Part shown: positions 1 through 9,601 of the stretch, in pieces | Position numbering within the stretch: position 1 is the first letter of the stretch | How the letters are laid out: each line of letters starts with the position of its first letter | Assembly (NCBI GenBank): GCA_051294375.1 | Contig: CM119269.1 | Location: 19,419,069 to 19,457,214 of the forward strand | Length of the DNA: 38,146 nucleotides | Direction of reading: 5' to 3' | Source: Paraspadella gotoi | Taxonomy: Eukaryota > Animalia > Chaetognatha | The notes under the pieces: model-generated | Databases searched by the model: none | The model's input: only the letters and a program-made list of their open reading frames with translations | Told to the model about the DNA's origin: nothing | Program-made: the position numbers and the translations under genes

Positions 1-159
1 TTCCTGCATAATTAAAAAAACCGAGAGCAATGTTGAAGGGAAGGAGAAGGGGAAAAAATAGGGGGTGAAGAAAAAGAAAGGATGGATCAATTAAAGGAAA
101 AGGAGGAAGTAGAAACAAATAAGAAAAGGCGGAGAGGGGAATAAAAGCAAGAAAATTGA

Positions 160-843
160 AGGAAAAGGAGGCAAAGGTAAAAGAAAAAAGGGAGGAAAGG
201 ACCCGAACGATGAACGGCAGTAAAAGAGGAAGGAAAGGAAAGGAGAAAGGAAAGAAAGGAAAGGAAGGAAAGGAAAGGAAAGGAAAGGAAAGGAAAGGAA
301 AGGAAAGGCAGGCAAAAAGAAAAAGGATGAAAGGAACCGAACGACGAACGGAAAGGAAAGGAAAGGAAAGGAAGGAAAGGAAGGAAAAGGAAAGGAAAGG
401 AAAGGAAAGGAAGGAAGGAAAGGAAGAAGGAAAGGCAAGGCAAAAGAAAAAGGGAGGAAAGGACGCCGAACGACGAACGGAAAGGAAAAGGAAAGGAAAG
501 GAAAGGAAAGAAAGGAAAGGAAAGGCAAGGCAAAAGAAAAAAGGATGAAAGGACCCGAACGACGAACGGAAAGGAAAGGAAAGGAAAGGAAAGGCGAAAG
601 GGAAGGAAGAGGAAAGGAAAGGAAAGGAAAGGAAAGGAAAAAAGGAAAGGAAAGGCAAAAGGCAAAAGAAAAAGGAGGAAAGGACCCGAACGACGAACGG
701 AAAGGAAAGGAAAAGGAAAGGAAAGGAAAGGAAAAAGTAAAGTAAAGTAAAGTAAAGTAAGTAAAGTAAAGCTAAAGTAAAGAAGAAAGAAGGAAAGGCA
801 AAAGAAAAAGGAGGAAAGGATCCGAACGACGAACGGCAGTAAA
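160..843 (+). repeat. Compound minisatellite: six copies of a ~40-nt unit separated by variable (GGAAA)n
   Basis: Core CCGAACGA(C/T)GAACGG at about 203, 337, 466, 555, 686 and 822, each preceded by a variant of AAAAGAAAAAGGAGGAAAGGA. Confidence 0.9.
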
Positions 844-935
844 TGAGATAAAAGGGGCTGGGTTTTTTTCGCCCCTCTAGAATCCCGTGGGTCGCGCGGT
901 GCAATGAGAGGCTTCGGGACGAAAAAAAGATTTAG

Positions 936-1813
936 AGGGACCCAGTGATAAAAATGATATCATAAGCTTAAGGGTCTATCATCAAGGAATTTGAATGGTG
1001 ATAGTCATTAATTTTTCTTTGCACGGAAAGTGGCAAAAAAATTACCTATCTCTTATTGTAGAGAAACAAAAATTTAATAATGATGAAAAAAAAATTTAGT
1101 TGACCCTACCTAAATATTTATATAATCTATTATTTTATTTTTGCATTAGAAAGTATTTTTAACTAAATTCCAATTTATTTTTTTTTTACTGTACAAAGCT
1201 ATAATTTTAGGTTTAAGCCTCATTGAACAAAAGGCTTTACAAGACTTAATATTTTTTTATTTTTATATTTACTTAAAAGCAGACAAATCAAACCTAAATT
1301 CTATTCTTTACAGAAACAAAACTGTAATAATTATTAATTAATATTCATATTCATCCCTTAAATGTATAATTAAACTATATTGATTCCTAATTATAACAAT
1401 TAAAAATTTAGCAAAAGTACAGAATCTTTCTCTTCTTTTATATTTATATTACTTCAAAGAGTTTTATTTTCATCCAATTACAGAATCATTTGAAAAGAAA
1501 AGTTTAAATAAAATTCAGTCGATACCTTAAATTTTGATTCATTCCTAGTTTTTTTTCTTATAAATTTTTGTGATAAAAGCTGAAAATTTTTTAAAATTAG
1601 ATCTTACCCTTTTTTGGAAAAAAAATTTTAAACTTGAAAAAGATTTTCTTCTTACCGTTTTTTAAAGAAAATTAAGCTCACTGATTTTATCGAATTTTTT
1701 AACTACTTTCCCAAATGATTATAGAAGAAAAAATTATATGATCAGAACCAGCTTAAGTTAAAGGGTCAAATGTTATGGTTTCAGCTTTTACCCCCCCTGT
1801 TCACTTGGTCCCT
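936..1813. mobile_element. Kolobok/T2-like MITE, 878 bp
   Basis: Ends AGGGACCCAGTGA (936-948) and TCACTTGGTCCCT (1801-1813) match 12/13 as inverted repeats, flanked by TTAG and TTAA. The interior is very AT-rich and non-coding. TTAA plus purine-start ends is the Kolobok pattern. Confidence 0.6.
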
Positions 1814-2231
1814 TTAAGCCAAAAAAAAAGACAAGAGTTTTAAAAAAATCCTCGGGCGACGGAGACAAGATCTCCGGAGACTGGTGATGGAACGGGACAC
1901 AAAATGCTCTCTTTTAGGAATAGGTACACCAACGTGAAAATTATCTATTGATTTAAGAAATAAGGTATCTTGCCTCTTACTTTTGACATGATAATATTTT
2001 ATAGCTATATGAAACGGTAAATATGTAAATACATGATGACACATGAGAAAAATTTTTTTTTCTGAAATCAATTGCTCGTGAGAAAGTAGTAAAGACATCT
2101 TAAAACGTGTGTACTAAGAATGATAGTAAAAGACGATAATAAGCGCCTCGCGGAGGAAAGTAAATCTTAGGAATCAAATACCCCGAATTCACTCGCCAAG
2201 TTGTATTCGCCACGTTACAAATTACAACAAC

Positions 2232-2301
2232 TCATTCTTTGTTCCACCAGGACCTTAATCCCGGTGTAAACTGATCTAAAACTCGGTCCCGAACCTGAGC
2301 A
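2232..2301 (-). CDS. Probable lectin last coding exon
   Basis: Pyrimidine tract and ttccatag acceptor. Phase-2 entry matches the 3340 donor and gives AQVRDRVLDQFTPGLRSWWNKE*. Confidence 0.6.
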
Positions 2302-2641
2302 CTATGGAACAAATCGGGAGGAAGCGAACAGTAATGGAAATTGAGGACCTCCAAAGCACCATTCAGAGAGAGAGAGAGAGAGAAGAGAGAGAAGAGAGAG
2401 GAGAGAGAGAGACAGAGAGAAGAGAGAGAAGAGAAGAGAGACCTGCTCTGCTTCCATTCAAAAATTTTCTGTCCACCACTATTTTTCATGGTAGGAGTCG
2501 GGGATCGACCGAGTTGGGGTTAGGCCTTGATCGAATTAATAGACAGAGATTGAAAGAGAGGGAGGGAGAGAGAGAGGAAAGAGAGAGAAAGAGAAGAGAG
2601 GAGAGAGAGGGAAAAGTTCTTTCATTGATTGTGGTCCCGCC

Positions 2642-2725
<84 letters not shown>

Positions 2726-5700
2726 AGTTCGAGCCAACGATTTTTCGTTAAAAGCCCCATAAACAAAAAAAATGTTTGATGCGCCCAAAAGGGGGGTGTG
2801 GAACTGAATTCTTTATTACCCAAATTCTGCTTATTTTTATGTTTTGACTGCCTAATCATTTGCGACATATTTTTATCTAAACAAAGTGACTGGAAAAAGT
2901 TAATCATTCTACACAACGTTATTGACAACTATAATTATTCAAAAAAAGAATTGTACGTATAAAAAAAAGTCATAATAACGTTCTAAAATAGATTTTGATT
3001 AATCGATGTCGCCATTTTCCAATACCAGCACCATCTTGAACCTGAAAATATTTGGAGAACATTTTCAGTATATGTACTCATTATTTACCTATATTATTTA
3101 TTTATTTATTATTTATATCGATATGCGTCTGAGTTTGAATAGATATTTTTTAATTTTATCGGGAAATAAATCCACAAATACTATGGTTTCGATTGTTTCA
3201 TGCAGACCATTACACCTCAATAGCGTTTAACCTCAATACCATTACACCACAAATGTATACACGATGAGGACATTATTTGTCTCAAAAAACTTTTTTTTTT
3301 CCCAATTCTTCCAACCGCGACGTTCGAACAAAGCTTTACCCATGTTTAGGTGGGATGTTGTATCCTCTCTTCGTTATCATGGCTCTTTTTTCGTGACCGT
3401 TATCTGAGAAAAAGAAATTCAATTACAATTTTTGGAAATGTTTTGAACTAATTAGGTAAATATATATCAATGCTTTCTCTATATTTAATTTCTCTCGCTT
3501 ACTTCCACCCGCGACTTTCATCTCGCAGATGTAGGAACATCTGTAGCTGCACCGATGATCGTGCCATCTGTGACCGTAGCTGCTAGCGTGACCGATGAAA
3601 AGGCAGTCCTCCCACCCGCCCTGCGGCTGACCCTCGTCCCAGTTGATGAAATCTGAGAGAGAGAAAACGAGACCACGAATTTTTTTTTCCGTCGATGGGG
3701 CCCCGGGGGGAAGATGGGGGTAGGGGGTCAGGGGTGAAGAATTAGAAGGGGGAGCGAGAGTTGGCGAGGGCGGATTGGGAGAGAATGGGGCCTTTTAAAA
3801 GCAGCTCGAATACGATTGTTGAAGTAAAACGATGGGCACGCGTTCGACGTGACAAATTAGTGCAAAAAAAAAAAGGTTGTTGGAAAAGAAGAGGGGACAA
3901 AAATAGGGCCGGAGACTAAAACATGAAAGAACGACGACAAAAAAAAAATCGGAAAAGCAGGGACGAAAATTGTACGAGAAAAAGGGGTTAAACGGCCCAG
4001 CAAGGACAGCGTAAAAATAGGATGTCTAGACTAGAGAGAGTGAAAAACTGGAACAAGCTGGAGTTAAAATGGAAGAATGAAAGAAGGTGTGAAAACTAGA
4101 AAAGAGCAAAATGAAATCATGAGAACGAAATAGAAAACTGAGAATCAGACAGTGAAAAATGTGGACGAAGGAAAAACAAAAAAGAATGAACGAGAAGAGT
4201 GTTACGCGAAGAGGAGCCTATTTTTTTTTCGAGGATTCTGCTCTGCATTCGGTAATGACATTAGCAGTCACAGCTCCGACTTTTTTTGGCGGGAGGAGAA
4301 TGGGTTTTTTCTCTCTCTCCGCTCAAAACCTCACCCTTTTTCTGACGAGAGGAAAAAGGTGAGGGACCTCTTTGTGGAGAAAAAAAGAGTGAATTTATTT
4401 CTAATAAAATGTGTGACGGACTATTTTTCACTAACCCCATCGCTCTCTATCTCCCTGACTCACCCAACTCATCGAACGGAGTCTGACTGTCGCCCCATCG
4501 CCATTTTCCGTCGTGGCCGCGATGGCCGCTCGTCCAGTAATCCCATTCGCTGTCTGTTTGAGATGAAGGAGACCAGAGGAGGAAGCAAGGGATAGAAATG
4601 AATTAGACGACCGATTAATGTGACACGTATTTAGAATGTGTTTTTTGATCGTAAATGTATTTACAAATATCGTCTGCTAAGAATAATATAGTAAAAATTA
4701 TGCAAAGTATAATATAACATAAGTTACAAACAATCACCTTGTTTTTCTTTTAAAATTTTTCCAATGAGAATTTGTTCCGCGTTTGTTTCGATGCTGAGTA
4801 GTTCTAAAAAAAATAGAAAAAAAATAAGCCCAATTGTTTTCGATTAAATATTAAAATTATCACATATTTTGCCATTTTTGCTCACTTCATGAAATCGTTA
4901 CACAACCAATATAAAAATTATCCATTCATTTAATAAATAAGCTATTGCGAGTAGGAAATACGTCACTGTAAAAAAAAAAAAACCGCGCGTCTTTCCACCC
5001 TGCATGGTCAAGGTCATTGGTCGTAGGTCAACCCTCCCCGCCTTTTCCACCGAAAAATCACCCCGTTGCATAAATCGGACCTAACCTGCGTTTTTTTGCG
5101 AGCACATATCCTGAGCTCCATAATGAGTCACGAAGTTGTTCCTCTGTGGATCAGGAGGGACAAAATAGCAGGTGTTCTCGCCAGGCAAGCCGGCAACCCA
5201 GTCCGGTGGGCAAGTCGCTGTACAGGGCAATTTAAACGAAACGTGTTATCAATTAAAACAAGTTTTAGTCATATCTTATTTGCTTTCGTATATACTGGCA
5301 ACAGGAGCCTCCGGCTCGAGTTCGCAGATGTAGGAGCAGCGATAGGAGCAGCGGTGGTCGTGCCATTTGTGATGGAAGGATTTTCGATGACCGAGAAACA
5401 AACAATTTTCGTAAGAAAGGTCCTGGGGCTGACTGTGCGCCTTGTCCCAGTTGAGGAATCCTTTTTTAGGAGAGGGGGCGGAGAAAGTGTAAAATATAAG
5501 TCTGGGCAGGTAATGAAAAAATGTTAGAAAATCTTATTCATCATTTAATCATTAATGAAAAAAGTACTTTTTCTCACCATCTTCTAATAGGGTAGAATCG
5601 GCTCCACCCCAGTGCCATTGTCCTTCCGAATCTTTTCTTCCGTTCGTCCAGAAATCCCAGTCGCTGTCTGAACCGAGAAAGAGCATAAAAGAAAGGTCAA

Positions 5701-7440
5701 TCATGGCTTATTATTTTCTAAGTTAAATAGTCTACTTTAGACTCGATATATGTTGACTTGTTTAGGCCCTTTAATTATTTAATTTAAATTAACTCACCCC
5801 CTCGCTCCGCCAAAAGATCCTCGATGAATTTCTGTTCTTCCTCCGTTTCGAGGCTCAATAGGTGAGAGTCTGAGAAGATATAAAGTCATGATTGATTTTA
5901 AAACGTTATCTATCGTATTGCACGTCCCTTAATCATAGCATTAAAAAAACATTTTTTTAATTTTTACTCATTCCCATTGTATTGCTCAACTTCCCGTTGA
6001 TAGGGATCACATCACCTCCGTTCAAACGTTTGCAATTTCTCTCCGATTCTCCATTGGACCCAAAATTTTTTCTCTGTGGATCCGTAGGAATGAAGTAGCA
6101 GGATTTCGGTCCTGGGGTCCAGCCTTCCGGGCACGCCGGACGGACTCCGCCGGCTCCTGCGCCTTTAAACGTTGAAATCGTTCGTATTTTTAAAAAGGGA
6201 CACCGAGTCAGTTGAATTTTTTTTCAAACTTAACACTCGTGAGCTGGAATTCAAACAATCTGTCAGTCTCTCCATATGACATATATTATCTTTTTGGTCG
6301 GTCTAAGTATATCCAGAAAAAAATTAAAAACAGTTTTAACCTTTTCTTTCGTGTAACGTTTTACCTTTGTTCTTCTCTATAAATGCGATCATTTTGTTGA
6401 TTAACGAATTCACCCAAGAAGGAGCTGAGAAAACAGATATTAATCATTATAAAATCAAAGATTAAAAATATCACTATCTAATAATTTCCCTGTAAATCGG
6501 TAGTTCCAGTCTTTTTTGAACTCCACTAATATTTATTGCCCTTTTTTTTTTCAAATGGTAGTTTTTTGTTTATCTCACTTTCGCCCTCTCGGTTTAAGTA
6601 CGCGATTATTCATAACCGCTTTTTTTTTTAAAACTCCATCGTTCATCTTCCAACAAAAGGTTAATCACCTCGAAAACTGCCTCCCTTTGTTTTGATTTTT
6701 TTTTTTGCTTCGAACAAGTGGAGGATGGAGGGATTAATCCTTACTTACGGGTGGGGAGTCAGAAAAATCAAGGAGGGCTGGGGGGGGACGGGCAATATCT
6801 TTATTCGATGGGGCAATTTTCCTTGAAGTGGCGCACGTTTTACATCAAAGCCAAAAGGAGGGAAGTGTTAAGCAGGGGAGGGCGAAACGTTTGATGTTGG
6901 GTGAGTTAGAGTGGATCATGCAGCTTTGTGGAGCTTTGCTACGTGATAGGTAGGGTTTGGGAATGTCATCTTTCGAACGTGGTAGGCTTGGTTTATATAT
7001 ATATATATTAGTAGCATACATATATTATATATTAGTGGTTACGTTTTTTTGCCAGATAATGCCGTGTTTCTAAAATTGTGTTTAAAGTAAATATTTCTGA
7101 TTTTTGTTTAATAATATACGTATAATTAAGATTTAAAGATTGAAAAATTAGGTGAAAATTGTTGTAATAAATAGGAAATAGACTAAAACTTAAAGAAAAG
7201 AAGAAACTCTTTTTCTCACGTTGAAAAAGGTGAAAAAGATCAATAATCTCATCTTAACTTGAAGACCTCAGGGTGCATTTCACAGTTTTCCTCACCGACA
7301 ATTTCTTTGGTCGCCGAATTTTCCGCGGCGCCTGTCGCCGATCCTGTCGCCGCTCCTGTCGCCGCTCCCGCCCCCGCTCCGAAAAAGGCGACGAAAAACA
7401 AAAGGACGAGACACGAAACTCTTTTCCGTCGGCGCCACAT
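2232..7440 (-). CDS. Secreted dual-domain C-type lectin, spliced, about 416-427 aa
   Basis: Exons with GT-AG boundaries and a consistent frame: 7296-7440, [6745-6777 optional], 6365-6424, 6016-6162, 5798-5869, 5578-5667, 5296-5460, 5086-5217, 4738-4803, 4464-4553, 3503-3652, 3340-3403, 2232-2301. All introns are phase 1 except the last (phase 2). Signal-like N-terminus MWRRRKRVSCLVLLFFVAFFGAGA. Domain 1: CPEGW..CYF..C..LLSLET..FWTNG..W.W..FLNW..QPQ..ENC..WHD..C..YICE. Domain 2: CPPDW..CYF..C..LLSIET..YWTSG..W.W..FINW..QPQ..EDC..WHD..C..YICE. Confidence 0.92.
3340..3403 (-). CDS. Lectin C-terminal tail exon
   Basis: Acceptor tttttctcag, NGHEKRAMITKRGYNIPPKH(G). Either splices at GG|GTAAAG (phase 2) or stops by read-through at TAA 3336-3338. 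Confidence 0.75.
3503..3652 (-). CDS. Lectin domain 2, exon d
   Basis: FINWDEGQPQGGWEDCLFIGHASSYGHRWHDHRCSYRCSYICEMKVAGG; acceptor ctctcag, donor gtaagc; 150 nt. Confidence 0.92.
4464..4553 (-). CDS. Lectin domain 2, exon c
   Basis: SEWDYWTSGHRGHDGKWRWGDSQTPFDEL; acceptor caaacag, donor gtgagt; 90 nt, the same length as 5578-5667. Confidence 0.9.
4738..4803 (-). CDS. Lectin domain 2, exon b
   Basis: LLSIETNAEQILIGKILKEKQ; acceptor ttttttag, donor gtgatt; 66 nt; paralogous to 5798-5869. Confidence 0.88.
5086..5217 (-). CDS. Lectin domain 2, exon a
   Basis: TCPPDWVAGLPGENTCYFVPPDPQRNNFVTHYGAQDMCSQKNA; acceptor ctgtacag, donor gttagg; 132 nt; paralogous to 6016-6162. Confidence 0.9.
5296..5460 (-). 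CDS. Lectin domain 1, exon d
   Basis: FLNWDKAHSQPQDLSYENCLFLGHRKSFHHKWHDHRCSYRCSYICELEPEAPVA; donor A|GTATAT; 165 nt. Confidence 0.9.
5578..5667 (-). CDS. Lectin domain 1, exon c
   Basis: SDWDFWTNGRKDSEGQWHWGGADSTLLED; acceptor ggttcag, donor gtgaga; 90 nt. Confidence 0.9.
5798..5869 (-). CDS. Lectin domain 1, exon b
   Basis: SHLLSLETEEEQKFIEDLLAERG; acceptor ttctcag, donor gtgagt; 72 nt. Confidence 0.9.
6016..6162 (-). CDS. Lectin domain 1, exon a
   Basis: AGAGGVRPACPEGWTPGPKSCYFIPTDPQRKNFGSNGESERNCKRLNG; long-form C-type lectin N-terminal CP..W..CY pattern; 147 nt, phase 1-1. Confidence 0.9.
6365..6424 (-). CDS. Lectin stalk exon (amphipathic helix)
   Basis: Acceptor ttttctcag, 60 nt, phase 1-1, PSWVNSLINKMIAFIEKNK, donor AAG|GTAAAA. 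Confidence 0.7.
7296..7440 (-). CDS. Lectin exon 1 (signal peptide plus Gly/Ala/Thr-rich spacer)
   Basis: Encodes MWRRRKRVSCLVLLFFVAFFGAGAGAATGAATGSATGAAENSATKEIV, followed by a G|GTGAGG phase-1 donor that fits the downstream exons. Confidence 0.8.
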
Positions 7441-7553
7441 GTTTTTTTTTTCCTTTTTTGAACAAAAGGTTTCGACTGTGAACGAGAGATGGCGATGGCT
7501 TCGGAAGTTCGTCGCCCTGGTGACGAGATCAGCGAAAAGAAAGAAAGAAGTGA

Positions 7554-7622
<69 letters not shown>
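7554..7622 (+). repeat. (GAT)n microsatellite just upstream of the lectin start codon
   Basis: Perfect trinucleotide run; a second (GAT)n lies at about 9026-9090. Confidence 0.95.
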
Positions 7623-8007
7623 AAAATTTGATGCGTTGTTGCGAGAGGTTTTAAGTTAAACAATTCTAGTTGTTTGTTATGTGTTACTACGTATTTCCTG
7701 TAAACCCAATCTCATTCTCATTGGTTGAAAAATATAAAAAATCAATAAAATTTCGGAAATACAAATAAGGGTTTGATTCGCAGAGGAAAAAAAAAAAGAG
7801 AGAAATTCCGAAATCGAAATCTGGGATTTGGGATCGTTAAGGCTTCGCGTTGGTTCGCTCAGCAACCCGGGAGCGTTGGCCAATCTAGTCAATTCGACTC
7901 GGCTAATTAAATCTATTCGCTTTTATTTTCTCTTTTCACCGGCAGATCGTTCAACTCTGGGCTCTCGTCTGGCGAAATACAAATCCCATTAGATCGAGAG
8001 TGAGAGT

Positions 8008-8008
<1 letters not shown>

Positions 8009-8103
<95 letters not shown>

Positions 8104-8133
8104 AAGAGAGAGAGAGAGAGCGAGAGAGAGAGA
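8009..8133 (+). repeat. (GA/CT)n microsatellite, representative of many
   Basis: Similar long runs at about 2642-2722, 8592-8685, 9549-9598, 19473-19589, 21602-21710, 25995-26110, 26498-26579 and 28972-29053; (GAAA)n at about 29675-29766; poly-T at about 36823-36940. Confidence 0.95.
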
Positions 8134-8587
8134 GTGACTGTGATCTCACTACTCGGCGGCTTTCGCTCTGTTGCAAAAAAAATCCGGAATTCTTTTTTAT
8201 GCCTCGTTTAATGCCGTTTCAGTAATACAAATTCCCTCGGCACACAATCTCTCTCTCTCTCTCACTTTCTCTTACTCGCTCTCTCTCTCTCTCTTTCTCT
8301 CTAGACTCTTAGCAGAAAAGAAGAAATCCTCGTTGCTGTCACTGCTGCGCGCCAGTTGGTGCCGCTGCCGCCGCCGCCACCGCTGTCGCCCCCCACCCTA
8401 ACCTCCGGCCACTCCTACTCCTCGTCCTCTTCCCTCTTCCTCCTCCTCTTCTTCCTCCTCTTCCTCCTCCGCCTCCTTCCGCTCCGTCTCCGCCTCGCAG
8501 CGACGAATCGTAGATCATGCGTGACTTATGATGGCCCCGTGCCGAGCATACGGAAGGCGAGGGGGAGGAGAGGAGAGGGAGTAGAAA

Positions 8588-8688
<101 letters not shown>

Positions 8689-9024
8689 AATCAAAAGAGG
8701 AGGAAGAAATAGAGATCTAGTAAAAGCAAAGTCCACGGAGTAGGACCGTAGAAAAAGATACGAGAGGACAGGGAGTCAGAGTCTAGATAAGGGAGAACGG
8801 TGGGTGGAGAGAGAGGCGAAAAGAAAGGAAGGCATGAGAAAAGTGCGAAAAGAAAGGTGAAGTTAAGAAAAAAGGGAGAAAAAAAAGAACTGAGCGGAAA
8901 AAAATGAATGAGTTGGATTTCAGGGAAAGAGAGGCGAAGGAGAAAAGATGAGTCGAGGAGAAATAGGTAAGGTTTGAAAAAAAAGAGAAAGTAAAACCTT
9001 AGAAAAAGAAAATACAAAGAAAAC

Positions 9025-9073
<49 letters not shown>

Positions 9074-9122
9074 ATGATGATGATGATGATAATAATGAGA
9101 TAAACCCTAGCCGATTCTTTCT

Positions 9123-9155
<33 letters not shown>

Positions 9156-9545
9156 ATCTCTCTCTTTCATTTTATATCTCTTTATCGTAGGTTACAACGA
9201 CACTATCTAATAATGATATCAATACTTTCAGTGGTTTCAGTCCGCATAGATGACAACAATAAAAATATCAAAAGAACAAAAAAAGGCACTAATATTTTAA
9301 CGTCTTCCAAAGGAATTCTGAAGCATTCGAAGGAAAGTGTTGGAAAAGGAAGGGGTAATGAAAATGTACTCATAAACTCGAGTGTTATAGCAGACAGATA
9401 CGACAATTTTAAATTTTAAATAAAATTAAAAAAAGACAGAAACTAGGATTGAGAAAAATGGTGAGGCGGCATGACACTCCACGATGACAAAAATTTGGGA
9501 AAGTAAAAAAGAAATTGGCATCACGGTCCGGCTCTCACTGTTATG

Positions 9546-9601
<56 letters not shown>

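Noticed and set aside
87-745. Long F/L/S/P- and K/E/R/G-rich ORFs here and across the window (e.g. 2304-2928, 8356-9017, 26896-27510, 29533-30436, 36425-37079)
   Set aside because: They are translations of (GGAAA)n, (GA)n, (GAAA)n and poly-T tracts that lack stop codons by composition; no domain signal.
200-840. CRISPR-like repeat-spacer appearance
   Set aside because: The spacers are variable-length GGAAA microsatellite rather than unique sequence, there are no cas genes, and the context is eukaryotic.
3336-5217. Second lectin domain as a separate tandem gene
   Set aside because: There is no room for a promoter or signal-peptide exon in the 78-nt gap after domain 1, and an in-frame phase-1 splice joins the two domains.
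5066-5527. 153-aa plus-strand ORF
   Set aside because: It is the antisense shadow of two lectin exons and has no recognisable motif.
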